The notes under the pieces were generated by a model. That model had not been told where the DNA came from. It did not search any database and worked only from the letters and a program-made list of their open reading frames with translations. From Veleropilina oligotropha (taxonomy: Eukaryota): a stretch of DNA of 64,000 nt. The stretch spans positions 62,001 through 126,000 of the forward strand of contig JBEUKZ010000129.1 in NCBI GenBank assembly GCA_048128005.1. The letters are read 5' to 3'. Positions 1 through 13,800 of this stretch are shown here, one piece after another (position 1 is the first letter of the stretch; each line of letters begins with the position of its first letter). The position numbers were made by a program, and so were the translations under genes.

Positions 1-1790
1 TCCTACATCAGGTTGGCGTACCATTTGAATCACAGCCGGTATGTCTATGATCATCATTGTTATATCACACGACCAGCAACATACGCTCTTGCTGAGACGC
101 CTTGACACTTATGAGCCCCTGATCTCAGCGTCTCACGGCCAAAAACAGAGGATGTCTCACGCTGATCTCAAATCTTATGATCAGTTTTCAGAAATGTGTT
201 GCCACTCTCTCTAAGCACATCCACGAATGTCATAACGTTAGTGATGAATCAAGTTTGGAGACCGGGCGAATCCGCGTGATGAGCGTCCGATAAGTCGCAC
301 ATGTTCAGTATACTCTCAAGCTGACCAATAAGACCCACATGATCAGGACCTGTCTGCATTATCATGTCTTACAAGCCACCACCATCTGCATATTGTATTT
401 TATTGCCTTGTTCGTGGGACTGGTTTTGGCAATTAGCGAGAACTTGTGCCATGAGCGATGGAATTCCCTTCTTAAACTCCTCGTACACATTAGCGTGTTT
501 GTCAGACATTTCGGCCAAATCATTTACTGGGGCTTGCACCCACCCTGCATAAATGGTATATGATCAACTGCAAAGAACCAGCGACTGGAACATCGAACTC
601 CCATTTCCACAAGGAATGTCCAGGAATGCATGTCCAGACACGGTGTGAAACTCGATCCCCTCTTGCATTTGACACTGTTTTTTTTCACGAAAATGTATAA
701 ATAAATTTTTAGTTTTTTCACAATCAATTTTTTTATTTTCTAGAGGGGAGGGGGCGGACCGCCTCGACCCCCAGAACATTTTGATAATTAACGATGTGAA
801 ACCCCCTCTCCTGCATTCTGCCAGTGCAAACGCGATATTTCTTACAAATATTTATGAACCGTTTTCATTAAAATCTATGAGTAAATATTTCGGGGGTTTT
901 CGCAAAGAAACATGCATTTCTCATTTTCAAAAGGAGGGGCCGAAAATTTTGACAATTAACGGTGTGAAACCCCCTCACATATGCATTTTGACAGTACACA
1001 CATTATATTTCTTAGCAGCATCTATGAACCGTTTTTACTAACATGTGTAAGTATTTCTTTCTTTCTTTTGTCTCATTCAAACATATGCATTTTTTATTTT
1101 CAACAGGGGGCAGGGAGTCTGGACCCCTGGATCCGCTAGTGATATATCACCAATGAACTTAATTAAATCATTTTGTTATATACCGATCATCGAGCAACCA
1201 ATATTGAAGGGAAACATTGAAAATGTGAGCAGTTACATCTCCAATCTTTCGATTGGTCGTATGTTTATCATTTTGTCCAATCCGGTTATTATTGTAATAA
1301 AATATTGTTTAAACTAATACCTATTAAAGATAAACGGATCACATTTTAAGTAGGCCTAGTTGGGGTTCCCTACTTCAAAGACCCCTCACAGTCACACCCA
1401 CCGATGCTCAGGTTCTATGGTGGGCCCACGGTATAAATATACGTTGTTATATTATGTCGTTGGTGAGTTCAAATGAAGTGAACGTTTGCTAACGTAACCT
1501 AAACTGTCGTAAACTAAGCGGGAGAAATCAGTTTGTTGTTTGCGAAAACTGTCACATGTCGTGAATTAAGCATTCGTAGTATTTAATATATTTTATAATA
1601 TGGAACAACGTAGATTGCAATGCATTTAGTATTAAGACATTATTTCAAATAAAGTAGAAAAACTACGCCATGTATTTTTTATTATTGAACCGAAGTATCC
1701 CTTGCTTACAAAAAATGTTTTGGCGGACGAAATGTTGTGATCGCATATAATTGTTTTGTCTGCTAGTTTCCAATATTTGCCGTTATCATA

Positions 1791-1809
1791 ATGAATTTAG
1801 AATTACTAG
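1791..1809 (+). CDS. RBBP5: RBBP5 exon 1 (MNLELL)
   Basis: ATGAATTTAGAATTACTAG followed by GT donor. Confidence 0.9.
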
Positions 1810-4800
1810 GTTTGTATATTAGACAGTGGTGGGCATGTTTCATATCATAATCGCGATAATTCTTCCAATTTTAGAGCAATATGGCATGCTAAATAGATTA
1901 AGGGGAGATAATCTAAAATGTTGAGGAAATATATCACAATTAGCAATAGGCCCGCTTTGTTTCAACGCGCGATTTTATCGATATTGCATATTCATGAAGG
2001 ACCATTTCCATGCACCCGTTTCCGCGCGCGTGTAACACGCGCGCAGAAAAAGAAGTTGCTCGATTTTTCCGCGCGCGTGTTGTCAGTATTCGCGATTTTG
2101 TCTAAATACAACAATAATTTGACACTAAATGCATGTAAATAAAGCATACAGTCATATTTCATAAGGCTATTCATCATGAAAACATGTGATGCAGATATAT
2201 AATATATATATTATTTTTAACGGGCAAATAACCGCTGAATTGTAAAAGCCAGCCGCAATATAATATGCCGTAATACGTATTAATGGAAATTGCTTAAGTA
2301 TATGTTATGTTAATTACCTCACTATGTAATCGGATTAAATCGATGTTTTGAAAACGGCGTAATCCCAAATTGTAGAGTGGAATAGTATGTCGTGCCGATA
2401 AGCAGCCTTATCGGCACGTCGTGCCGATAGCCACTTCCAAGTTTATAATCAAAAGAGGCTAGTCCTACTTGAGTCTACTATAATATATGTGTTCGGGTTG
2501 ACGTGCCTTACATACCGCGTTGAGTAGGAAGTAACAGCCTCTAACGTTTTTGGAGTATATACCTACATGCAGCTTATGAGTGCATGCAAGACGAAGTCGT
2601 ACCAGGGGCAACCCGTACCACAGCCTACACATCCGTACCAAGGCAAATGATAACTCTTACCCCAGTTTATAAACCCATACCATATCAGGGCAAACGTTAA
2701 CTCGTATCACAGTCCATTGACTCGTTTGTTAGGATCGTAGGCCTTAGATATTTTGATTAAAAAACAAAATACAAATGCCAGGACTAAACTTTCATATTTA
2801 TCGAATAAATTATTAACCCTTCTTCAAAATTTCCTAATACCTTTATATAGCGTAGCACCGGCAATCTATCGGCTGTCACTTTCAAATTCTTAACTTTTGC
2901 TGTTACGGATCGAGGTTAAAGATGTAAAAATGTATAACAATTACGTTGGCATCATTTGTTGTTGATGAGGGTTTCAACCCACAATAGAATGCATGATCTG
3001 GTGAGAATCAGCATTTATAGTCCAGTCGGCCATACTATCCAAGATTTTATTCTTAACTGAGATTTCATTCTCATTTCTATCGCAGGTAAGCACCACAGTG
3101 TGTTCAAATGTGTATCTTATGGTAAATCTAACCATAATCAGGTGTGAATAGGCTTCTTAGATTTCGTTTTGCAGATGAAGCCGTAATGCCTAATTAATCC
3201 GCTAAAACGAGATTAACTCATTATTATGGTGTATCGACTTTTTAGTTTAGTAACTCATTATTATTATAGTATGATAACGACTTTTACTAGAACTCATTAT
3301 TGCAATAGGCATACGGATACACAAATATCATGAACACGTGAGAGAACCGCATTAATTGAGCAATGTATAAATTAAAACATTTATTTCTTGTCATTTCATT
3401 TATTGATATTTTGCAACCTCGATTACATTCAATCGCTGCATGTGATCATTACATAGGTTAATGAGATTTCAATACTCGATGCAATTATACACAGGCCTAC
3501 ACATGAGAAAAGTTACATTTGTACAAATGTAGCCTATATTATAATACAAACATATAGCCTATATCTGCTAAATTCAAATAATCCACTTCAAATTTTCTCT
3601 TTCGCATTATTATGGAAAAATACGTCCGAAGATACTCCTTGGTCAATTATTAGTTACACGTGCACAACTTCGTTTTTATTTTACCATAAGTGATTCGCAT
3701 ATAGAAGACATTTGAATTATCACTGTATAACATTAAAACACAATACATTCAATGCGTGTTAATGTGCTTTTTAACACAAGATAATACAAGAATAAAATTA
3801 TGATAGACGCGTAAATATTTTAAAATTATAATACGCTACACGCACGCATTAATATTTAAAAATTACAATACGCACTTAAATATTTATATCGATAATGTTC
3901 AGTTTTAAATATATTAAAAATGAAAATAGTGACATCTGTAACAATGACATAATTGTTTCAATTAATAAATGGTTAGCATGCTAGCATTAGGCTACAATCT
4001 GTGTGTTATTTCGTCATTATACACAAAGACAAATTTTGTGTAATATAGAAACTTTAGGCCTACCATTTTTATCCCCCCCCCCCCGATGCTAACCGGGGGG
4101 ATCTTGCGATCGCCCAGTCTGTCTGTCCATCTGTCTGTATGTAATTGATATCGTTTCCGGAGCATATCTCGTACATTGTTCGACATAACTGTATACAAAA
4201 CTTGCTGGGTGTATTACGTAGTAGGTGAACTGGTGCCTTTTGCCAGTCTCGACGTTGTGCGACGATTATTAACAGAGTTATTGCCCTTGCTGTAAATTCG
4301 TGAATGTTATCTTTTCCGGGGCGTACTCGTACACCGCTCAACATAACTTTATGAAACATGCTGGGTGTATTACGTAGTAGGTGTACTAATGCCTTTTGCC
4401 AGTTCCGCACCGTCCGTCTGTGTATGTAATCGATATCGTTTCCGGAGCATATCTCGTACATTGTTTGACATAACTTTACGAAACTTGCTGGGTGTATTAC
4501 GTAGTAGGTGAACTGGTGCCTTTTGCCAGTCTCGATGTTGTGCGACGATTATTAACAGAGTAATTGCACTTGCTGTAAATTCGTGAATGTTATCTTTTCC
4601 AGGGTTACCTTGTACTCAACATAACTTTACGAAACATGCTGGGTGTATTACGTAGTAGGTGTAATAAATTTGTTAATGTTATTTTTTCCTGAGCGTATCT
4701 CGTACACCGCTCGACAATACTTTATGAAACTTGCGGGGTGTATTAGGCTAGATCACCCAGTCTGTCCGTCCGTCTGTCTGTCTGTTTGTCTATCTGTCCC

Positions 4801-7800
4801 TCTGTCTGTATGTAATCAATATCGTTTCTGGAGCATATCTCTTACACCGTTTGACATAGCTTGACAAAGTAGGTGAACTGGTGCCTTGTGCCAGTCTCGA
4901 CATTGTGCGGAAATTATTAACAGAGTTATTGCCCTTGCTGTATTTTCGTTAATGTTACATGTTATCCGCATGTGGCATCCTGTGCGGGAAATTCGTTAAC
5001 GTCGCTACGGGGGATACGTCATCCAGGGTTTAAGCTGCGTTGTTAATGTACTTAGCTATATGGCGAATTTGCATACAATGTCTTTAGCCAAATGTTAAAA
5101 TTGTTTAGCCAAATAAATTTGGCGAATTTACATCCATACTATTAATTTAATATATACTATAGCTAGTATATATGTGCAATATCACAAGGACATAAATGTC
5201 GGTCAACAAATTCCAAGTCCAGTAGCATTCTATTAATTAAAATATTAACATCAGTCTGGGTGCTTCTCTGCTCTAGACAAAACATCCACGTCATTCACAG
5301 CACACTGCATGAACTTCAAACAAATTTTTGAGCCTCAGAGCTGCCAATCACCTAGCAACCATAGGCCAGCTGCCTGGACTGGAAAGACTATTCCATTTTG
5401 ATTATTAGGGGTGTTAGCGTTTTAATGAAAATGAATACATGCTTGAAATAAATCAATATAACTTCAAATTAATTTTATTTTATTGTTTATTGGTACTCTT
5501 TTAAATGAAACTATTTTGGTACTTGGTTGACTATATAGGTCTAGTTATCTGCTGCAGTATTACTGTATGGTTAATTTCAATTTTCAAGCACAACTTGTTT
5601 CCCCATTGATCATTCCACTTGATGCCAAATTTTATGTTAGACACGTGCCTGTCTGAAGCATTTCCAAGGTAATTTACTAGCAGGAAATACATGATATTTA
5701 ATCAACATTTATTATTATTAAAATACCTTTCGCTCTCTGGCGAAATGCCACTGATACAAATTAGCCAAATATGATTTCCATTCGCATTTGGCGATTTGGC
5801 GAACGACAGCTTAAACCCTGGTCATCTTCTGATGGCTCTTGTTTAGTTTAGTAAAAGGTCGGTCAATAGTTGCCTACGTAGGCCTATATCTCAAATATAA
5901 TATAATAATTACGTACATAGGCCTATATCTCAAATATAATATATTATAATAATTTGTATTCATAATACATGTGGACGTGAATACACGTACGTAAATTACA
6001 TTACATAAAATTACCTATAATTATAGACAATGAAAATATCATAAATGCATATGTATTATAAATAAATATATCACATGCATGTATATAAATATATACAACT
6101 TAAAACAACGTTATATCTTGCCGTGGTACGGGCTAGTAGACTGTGTGGTACGAGTTAGCAGACTGTGGTATGGGTTGGCATCGCTGTGGTATGAGTTTGT
6201 TTGGTAGGGCTTTGTTTTGGTACGGGTTAACGGCATCCCCCATAAAGCCTATACCAAAATCGATGTGCGGTAAAAATGGCTGTAAAAGTAACAAGTGGGT
6301 AAAAATGGCTAAGGAGTAAAATAGATGAAATAAAGGCATATGGGCATAAATTTCACTATGTTTGTTTCACATATTTAATAAAGACGTGAGTAACACTGCG
6401 TAAAATCTTTTAAAATATAACAAATTTCATCTTAGTGAAAGTTTTACTGCACTTTTAATAATATAATACAAACACCTGTCCAGTGGATATTTTCAGTTCA
6501 TTGGAATGAATGGAACATTAAATTTCCTAGGTGTATATTGTGTCGTATACCCCTCATGAAGTCCAGTAGATTCATGCGTCCGGCCGAATACTGGAAATTC
6601 TGCAGTCTCCTCTGTTGTTGAATGTACTGCCGCTTAACTCGATTTTGTGGTGGATTGCCAATGCTGCATTGCTGAACTTTTGTGGAAACGGATGTTTCCT
6701 CTCCTTTTTAATAGCACCATATCGTAGGGTGATAATCGCAACAAGACATTAGAACCGCGAATTCCACCCTTTGTAAATGTTGTTGGTCCTTAGCTCATTT
6801 TCGATTGTTGCGTTGTGGACGTTCCAATAATTTTGGGGGATGTGACGGATAACGATTCCCTGTTGCCGTTGTCTCTCACGATACAATGCGGAAACGTAGA
6901 CGTTATCAAATACGTCAGCAACTGCTCCACTTCAATTGGATCGTTTAGAGCGATGCATGTTCAGTCTGACAGGGCAGGCTGATGTTCACTGACTGCATTA
7001 TTATTTTTTGAAAAATATTTTAAGAACATGCTATCTACTAAAATTGGTGTATTATATATAGTCAATTATAATATGGTCAAAATATAATGGAATTTATATA
7101 CATTTGTCATTAATTATGTGTTTTATAATCCTTGGCCATTTTTACCTTGGCCATTTTTACCCTTGGTCATTTTTACCATTGGCCATATTTACCCTTTGAC
7201 ATTTTTATCATTGGTCTTTTTTACCTTGGCCATTTTTACCTACACTCCCAAGATCAGCAGATGTAATTCATATCACTTAAAGCGTTAAGTGTTATACATG
7301 TATACCTAAATCTGTTTCTTTATTTTACAGACTCCTTTGGTCAGAATTATCCTGAGGTAAATACGGTCAAGTTACATTACCTACACAGACAAATTTAATG
7401 CTTAAATCAGTGATTTGTAATGTTTCTTTGTTTACATTGGTCTTTTACCTGGTTTCGCTATTAAGAATTTGTAGGATTGCCAATACTCGATTTCCAAAAG
7501 TCGTTGAATTTGTCGTAGTTGGTTATTCCTTTTGAAAGATTATTGTTTTGCATGTATAATTTGCATTGTTCATCTGTTTTTTATCCCCTGCCCGAAGGGT
7601 AGCAGGGGATATTGTTGTTGCCATGTCCATCCGTACGTCCGGCTGGGCGTCCGTAAACAATTTGGTTAAAGTTTTGAATTGAGTGTGTGTAGCTTGCCCA
7701 CGATACTTTGTGGCATATATATGCTTTTGTATGCATTATATGGACGACACCTGGTACTCTGGAAGTGAGATTGAGTAAAATTTAATATAATTATTGCATA

Positions 7801-10800
7801 AATGTAGGTGTTTTTAAGATATAAATTTTGGTTGAAGTTTTTCATTGAGTGTATATGGGTTGCTGAAACAACATATTGGTGTATATATGCTTTGGTATTG
7901 ATAATATGAATGTCAACTGATACTATGGAAATCACTTCATAAAAATTTTGGTTAAAGTTTTGTGTAAATTTTCCTATGGGCATATGGGTTGTTATAGGCA
8001 CTGTTTTGCATCCATATACTTTAGTGTTGACTATATGGATGCTGCTCCCTCATCTGCAAGTGATTTATAATATAAATAACATGTGGACATATAAATTTTG
8101 GTGAAAGTTGAGTGAATTTCCGTTCTGTGCCATTATTGCATACATATCCTTTGATGCTGCTTATATTGATACCATCTTTTACTCTAGCATGTCTAGCAAT
8201 GATATTAAATATTATTTTATATAAATATTGAAGAAACTTGATGTGTTGGGACATAAAAATTTTGGTTAAAGTTTATATCAGAGTGATTGCGGAAGGGGGG
8301 GTTGAATCCATTTCCTAACGGGCTCTTGTATTAATTGTTAACTAAAATCAACTGAAATTTATATGTTTTAGGACTTTGATGGTGCCTTGGATTGTGTCAG
8401 CATCGCGGTTACTTGTGCCTTCAACAGGCAGGGCACCTTGCTGGCTGTTGGATGCAATGATGGTCGCATTGTCATCTGGGACTTCATGACGCGTGGTATC
8501 GCCAAAATCATCGGCGCTCACGTCCATCCTGTTTGCTCAGTTAGGTAATATAATAATACGTGCACTTATTGTGCGCACACTTCACATGTAGCATATGATC
8601 TGTGCGCATAGGTTATTTATTAAATCATCGGCACTCACGGCTAAACTTTATCCTGTGTGCTTAGTTATAGGTAGATGATTTTTAAATCATCGGCACTCAC
8701 GTCTTAACATCATCCAGTGTGTTCAATTTGGTAGGTTGTTTACTAAATCATTGGCATCCACATCCATCTTGTGTACTGACTGGTCAGTTGGGTAGATAAC
8801 TTTGTGTGCTTGTCCATGATCCAGTGTGCTGGGTTAGATATAGCCACTTTTGCCCATTGCACCAAGAAAAGTTTGCAGTGTAAGATATTTGTAGACTAAG
8901 TGTAAAAGTTTGTAGTGTAAGATTTTCGTTTCGCATTAAATGACATGCGACACATATAAGTCTCTCCATTTGCACATCTTCCCGAATCAGGTGACCGCTT
9001 ATGGTGCAGCATTGAAATGCAGATGAGTGATATGCATGCATTTCATATATTCCATTAATTTTTTTGAATAAAAATTCATCATTGCATATTTTTGTCTTCT
9101 TCCAGCTGGTCTCGTAATGGACATAAGTTGCTGAGCGCCGCTACTGACAACACTGTGTCTGTGTGGGACGTCCTAACCGGAGAGTGTGACAAAACTTACC
9201 GGTTCCCATCACCCATCCTCAAGGTGCAATTCCATCCGAGGAGCAGGTATAAAGTCAATAGATCAGTGTAGATTACCCGACAATTATTAAAGCTGTTACA
9301 GTTGATGCGTCTCTGGCATCACTTATCACACATACATTAAATTATTACAAAATCCACTTGTTTAGTATGCCATCCTAGGGAATATGAAATCTGAAGATCG
9401 GTCAAAATTCTGGGTAATAATTAATATAATTAAAGGCTTATGCTAAAAATTTAAGTAGACTTAAACTTTTCATAATCTTGTTTGGTAAAAAGGATAAAAT
9501 GTGCATAATTCCCCCTGTTTATGTGTTACCATTGCGAACCACGACTTTATCAATATTTTCTATTTTAGGCAGCAGTTCTTGGTTTGTCCAATGAAACATG
9601 CTGCAGTGCTCATGAATATCAAGGGAAGCCACTCTGTTATCCCTTTAGATGATGAGGTGGGATATTACTTATACACAAATTTGTATATGTCTTATCTATA
9701 AAAAGGCAGCTCCGACAGTCATGTGGTTTCGGTTGTAGACTCCGAAAATCACTGGTTTGATTCCGCTGACATGAACAGTAGTGGGTTCCAATCACTGGCT
9801 TGATTCCGCTGACATGAACAGTAGTGGGTTCAAATCACTGGTTTGATTCCAGACATGAACAGTAGTGGGTTCCAATCACTGGCTTGATTCCGCTGACATG
9901 AACAGTAGTGGGTTCCAATCACTGGCTTGATTCCGCTGACATGAACAGTAGTGGGTTCGAATCAATGGTTTGATTCTGCTGACATGAATAGTAGTGGGTT
10001 CCAATCACTGGTTTGATTCTGCTGACACGAACAGTAGTGGGTTCCAATCACTGGTTTGATTCTGCTGACACTAACAGTAGTGGGTTCGAATGTCGGTTTG
10101 GACATGACATTATGAATTTATTCAAGGTATGAGTCATGGTTGTCCGTAACTAGTCGGAGAGGTGGGTTTCCCCCGGGCGACCGAGCTATCCTCGTGCGAT
10201 AATATGGACATTCCTGCTTTGAACCTAAAGGTTGGAAATATACAGGACATTAAGCATCGATCCTTTCCTTTTCTTATCTATAAGAAATGGTTTTGGTTTA
10301 TATGATACTTGACTTGTCAGTATTGTTTTTGGTTTTTTATTCACCATTCGACCTGTCGAAGTCGTAAGAGCTAAGCTGTAGTTCATAACTGGAGAGGACG
10401 GGTGGGATTCAATGAGTTTTCCAGTCTTTTCTTCCACAATAATATGGACATCATATGGTCCCAATGTGATGTGGTCCCATAAATTTTAAAATTGGACTAG
10501 AATAAAATCATCTCATAATTATACCCCCGTGCTACGAAGTAGCTGGGGGTATATATATAGCGTTCCGTCCTTCCGGTCATTCGACTTTGTCTGGAGGATA
10601 TCTCCAAAACCGTACATCCTACCTTCACGAAACTTGGTACACTCATTAACTAGGTTGAGTACTTGTGCCTTTTGCTATTTTCAGGATTCTGAAATTTTTA
10701 TTTTTACAAAAAATGGCGTCTTTAAGATTAAAAATGGCGGATATATCATTGACATAGACAAAATGTGAGGCGCCCTTTTGTCCGGAGCATATCTCCAAAA

Positions 10801-13800
10801 CCGTACATGCTAGCTTCGCAAAACTTGGTACACACATTGACTATGTATATTGACTTTAAGTAAACTTGAAAGCTGTGACAATTAACGAATGAGACATTTG
10901 GTTGGGCCATCTTTAGAATACCATAATGCAACTTCTTGCTTCCAACCTTTCATAATTTTTCCTCTTTGGTGTTGACACAAAAGTTTCTTAAGGATCAGCT
11001 GTCCCAATGATGCATACTGAGGGACAACCTGCTCATTATATCCCATATGCATGTGCTTATATGTAACTTGTTTATATAATAGTATGTATGTAATTGTGTA
11101 TAGTATGAATGTATGTATGTATTTTATTTTACACAATAATGGCAGATATAACATTGACAAAGCCTATAATTATTGAAAGCACCAAACAGGGGTATGTAAG
11201 CTGTGCTGAATGGGGGTATGTAAGCTGTGCTGTGAAATCGATATTGACATATGGCTGCTATTCATATATCTTTATTTATTGGTCATTCATGAACTATATC
11301 ATGATATATCATGCACATAAGGTCAATATTATCCTTTGTATGACTATGCTGTGTTTCAGTCTGACTTGAATATTGTCGCGTCTTTTGATAGACGAGGAAA
11401 ATTTATTTACCATGGCAACGCCAAGGGAAAAGTGAGTAGCTTCTTTGAACGTGTCTAGCTGTTGTTATTGTAGATAAATATCATGTGTTGATTTAATTAC
11501 TGAATCTTACATTTTAACAGTTGCGTTATGTGATTATCATTGAATATTTAACGTTATCCTGCGGCGGGGAGTTTGATACGTATGTTTATCCCGTGAGCTT
11601 TGAAAATATCTCACGAGACTGAAGTCGAGTGTGATATTGTCATAGCGGAAGGTAACATTTTTATTTTCATTTTATTTTTAAAAATATCTATTAAACTTTA
11701 TAATATGACTATCAATGCTGAATAATTACTTAAGCAATGAATAACGTCATGTTAATTTGCACTTGACGGGTTATTCTAAGCGCAAAATAACCTGGATAAC
11801 ATGTATATGATTGGATCATATACATTCATTTATATGATTGGATCTCAAAGAAATACTTGAAAACACTTGATTATCTCCCGCAGAAGCGAATGACATCTAG
11901 CAGACGACATGCAGTTTGATACGAAAACGTCAAGTTTGACATGAGTATTTGTCAAAATCCACAAAATGAAAATAATGTTTCATGTACTTTAGCTATAAAC
12001 TAAAAGCAGAAGTATCGTAGAAGACATTTCTATTGCGAGTATCAGCGGCGTCTTGGTTTTCGACATGTTTGTGATACTGCAATTTGTGACCATTGTCTGT
12101 GGCATGAATGAAGTCACACGCGCCATTTATTAATTTTGAAAATCAGATAGAAAATATCATGAAGTGGGTTGTTTCTTTGTCAGATTTTGGTTTTCAAAAT
12201 GCCGTCCATGGAGCAAGTGGCCTCGTTCAGGGTAACAACAGGAACACTAAATACAACCGCCATCAAGTCCATTGAGTTTGCCAGGCGCGGAGAGTGAGTA
12301 CTCATAACTTATGAGACGTGTCTTTTCGTAGAGAAATTTATGGAACGGCTTCTACTGTTCCATAACAGGTTTGTCATGTGATAATGTTTTATAATCACTC
12401 CCTCATGTTTCTAATACTGCCATCATTACTGTTCACGAGTCTGAAATTTGTTCTCGTACAAGTTCGTTCATTCAAAGCATAGTAATTTTCCGTTTAGATG
12501 GGTTTGTGTACATGGGATTTTTTGTTTTATTTTTGCAGCTGTTTCTTGGTGAATTCCGCTGACCGGATTATCCGTGTGTATGAGAGTGGGGAGATTCTAG
12601 CATGTGGTAGGAGTGGCGAACCGGAACCGATCCAAAAACTGCAGGACCTGGTGAACAAGTAAGCTGTCACATGGTTGGGAAATGGGCTCTGATGTTATGA
12701 GTGCATCACCTGGCCCACATGGCTGGGGGCTCTCATGTTGTTAGTGCATCACATGGCTGGGGGCTCTCATGTTATGTATAGGTTAACCCACATGGGACTG
12801 TTGATTCTTGAAAAATAATGCACGCGGGCCGACAGGCCTGAGTGCATTATTTTTCAAGAATCAACAGTCCCATGTGGGTTAACTTACTTAATCCATTTTG
12901 ACAATATTAGCTATTTGTTATATTTTAAACATTATTATATACATGAAATCGCCAATTTAAAAGCAATACGATAGAAATTTTGTACGAATTGGGGTTTACT
13001 CTCCCAAAACTCCTGTCGGATCCCATTCCTAATTAGTTGAAGGCGCCGCTTAATCATGGTTATGAATAGACGTTTAATGTGCTCGTTAAGTGCAATTATA
13101 CCGGCATGCACGGCGAAATATATTTCCGTCACGATGTTGTACATTTCAAAGCACGCTACACTTGGCTTCAGAATTTTGACCAGAGCACACGTGGGATTTA
13201 CCTCTGCAGAGAGCATCAGGTATAGTATAATATTGCAAATATATGTTGTATATGTAGTTACAAACATACTTACGTCCTTACTCTTGCCATAATAGTCATA
13301 TTATCGCCAACCGGAAACAGTGAATAAAGTCACATTATGCACTCCTTTTAAGTCAAAACACTACGATCACCTCCCCTGCTCCCCCTCTCCTAAGTTCCCC
13401 CAGCGAGATCTCGCCAAGTCTCGCGAGACTTCCGAACCATCGAAGTCACAAGACCGCAATTCAAAGTTTTCCGCCGAGACGGAAAGACGTGTTTTTTGCT
13501 CCGCAAATATTTCGAAAATGTCTGCCGATTTATACGTTAAATCGAGGACGCTTTTTTAACAACTTATATCAATATAAGTTGTGGAATATACCCTGTGTTG
13601 TGGTTACTAAAACACAAGTGAATATAGAAGATTGTGATTCTAAACTTCGAGAAGTGGTGAAAATCAAGTGAAACCGACATCGCCGCTGTTGCAGGGAAAA
13701 GCATGGCCGCTCAGAGGGGAAGTTTCGTGTAATAAGAAGAAATTTCTGGTCGGTATTTTTATCTGATATTGTTTGAGACTGCAAACAGGTAACTCATTAT

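Larger units (their letters stand above)
2590..6240. mobile_element. Foldback-like non-autonomous DNA element with inverted arrays of CGTACCA/TGGTACG subterminal repeats; hosts nested insertions
   Basis: CGTACCA-type motifs at 2590-2720 mirrored by TGGTACG-type motifs at 6115-6240; boundaries approximate. Confidence 0.45.

Noticed and set aside
13320..13559. Near-identical peptides [10 protein letters not shown]... here and at 20259-20462
   Set aside because: By-product of the DIRS inverted terminal repeats; non-ATG start
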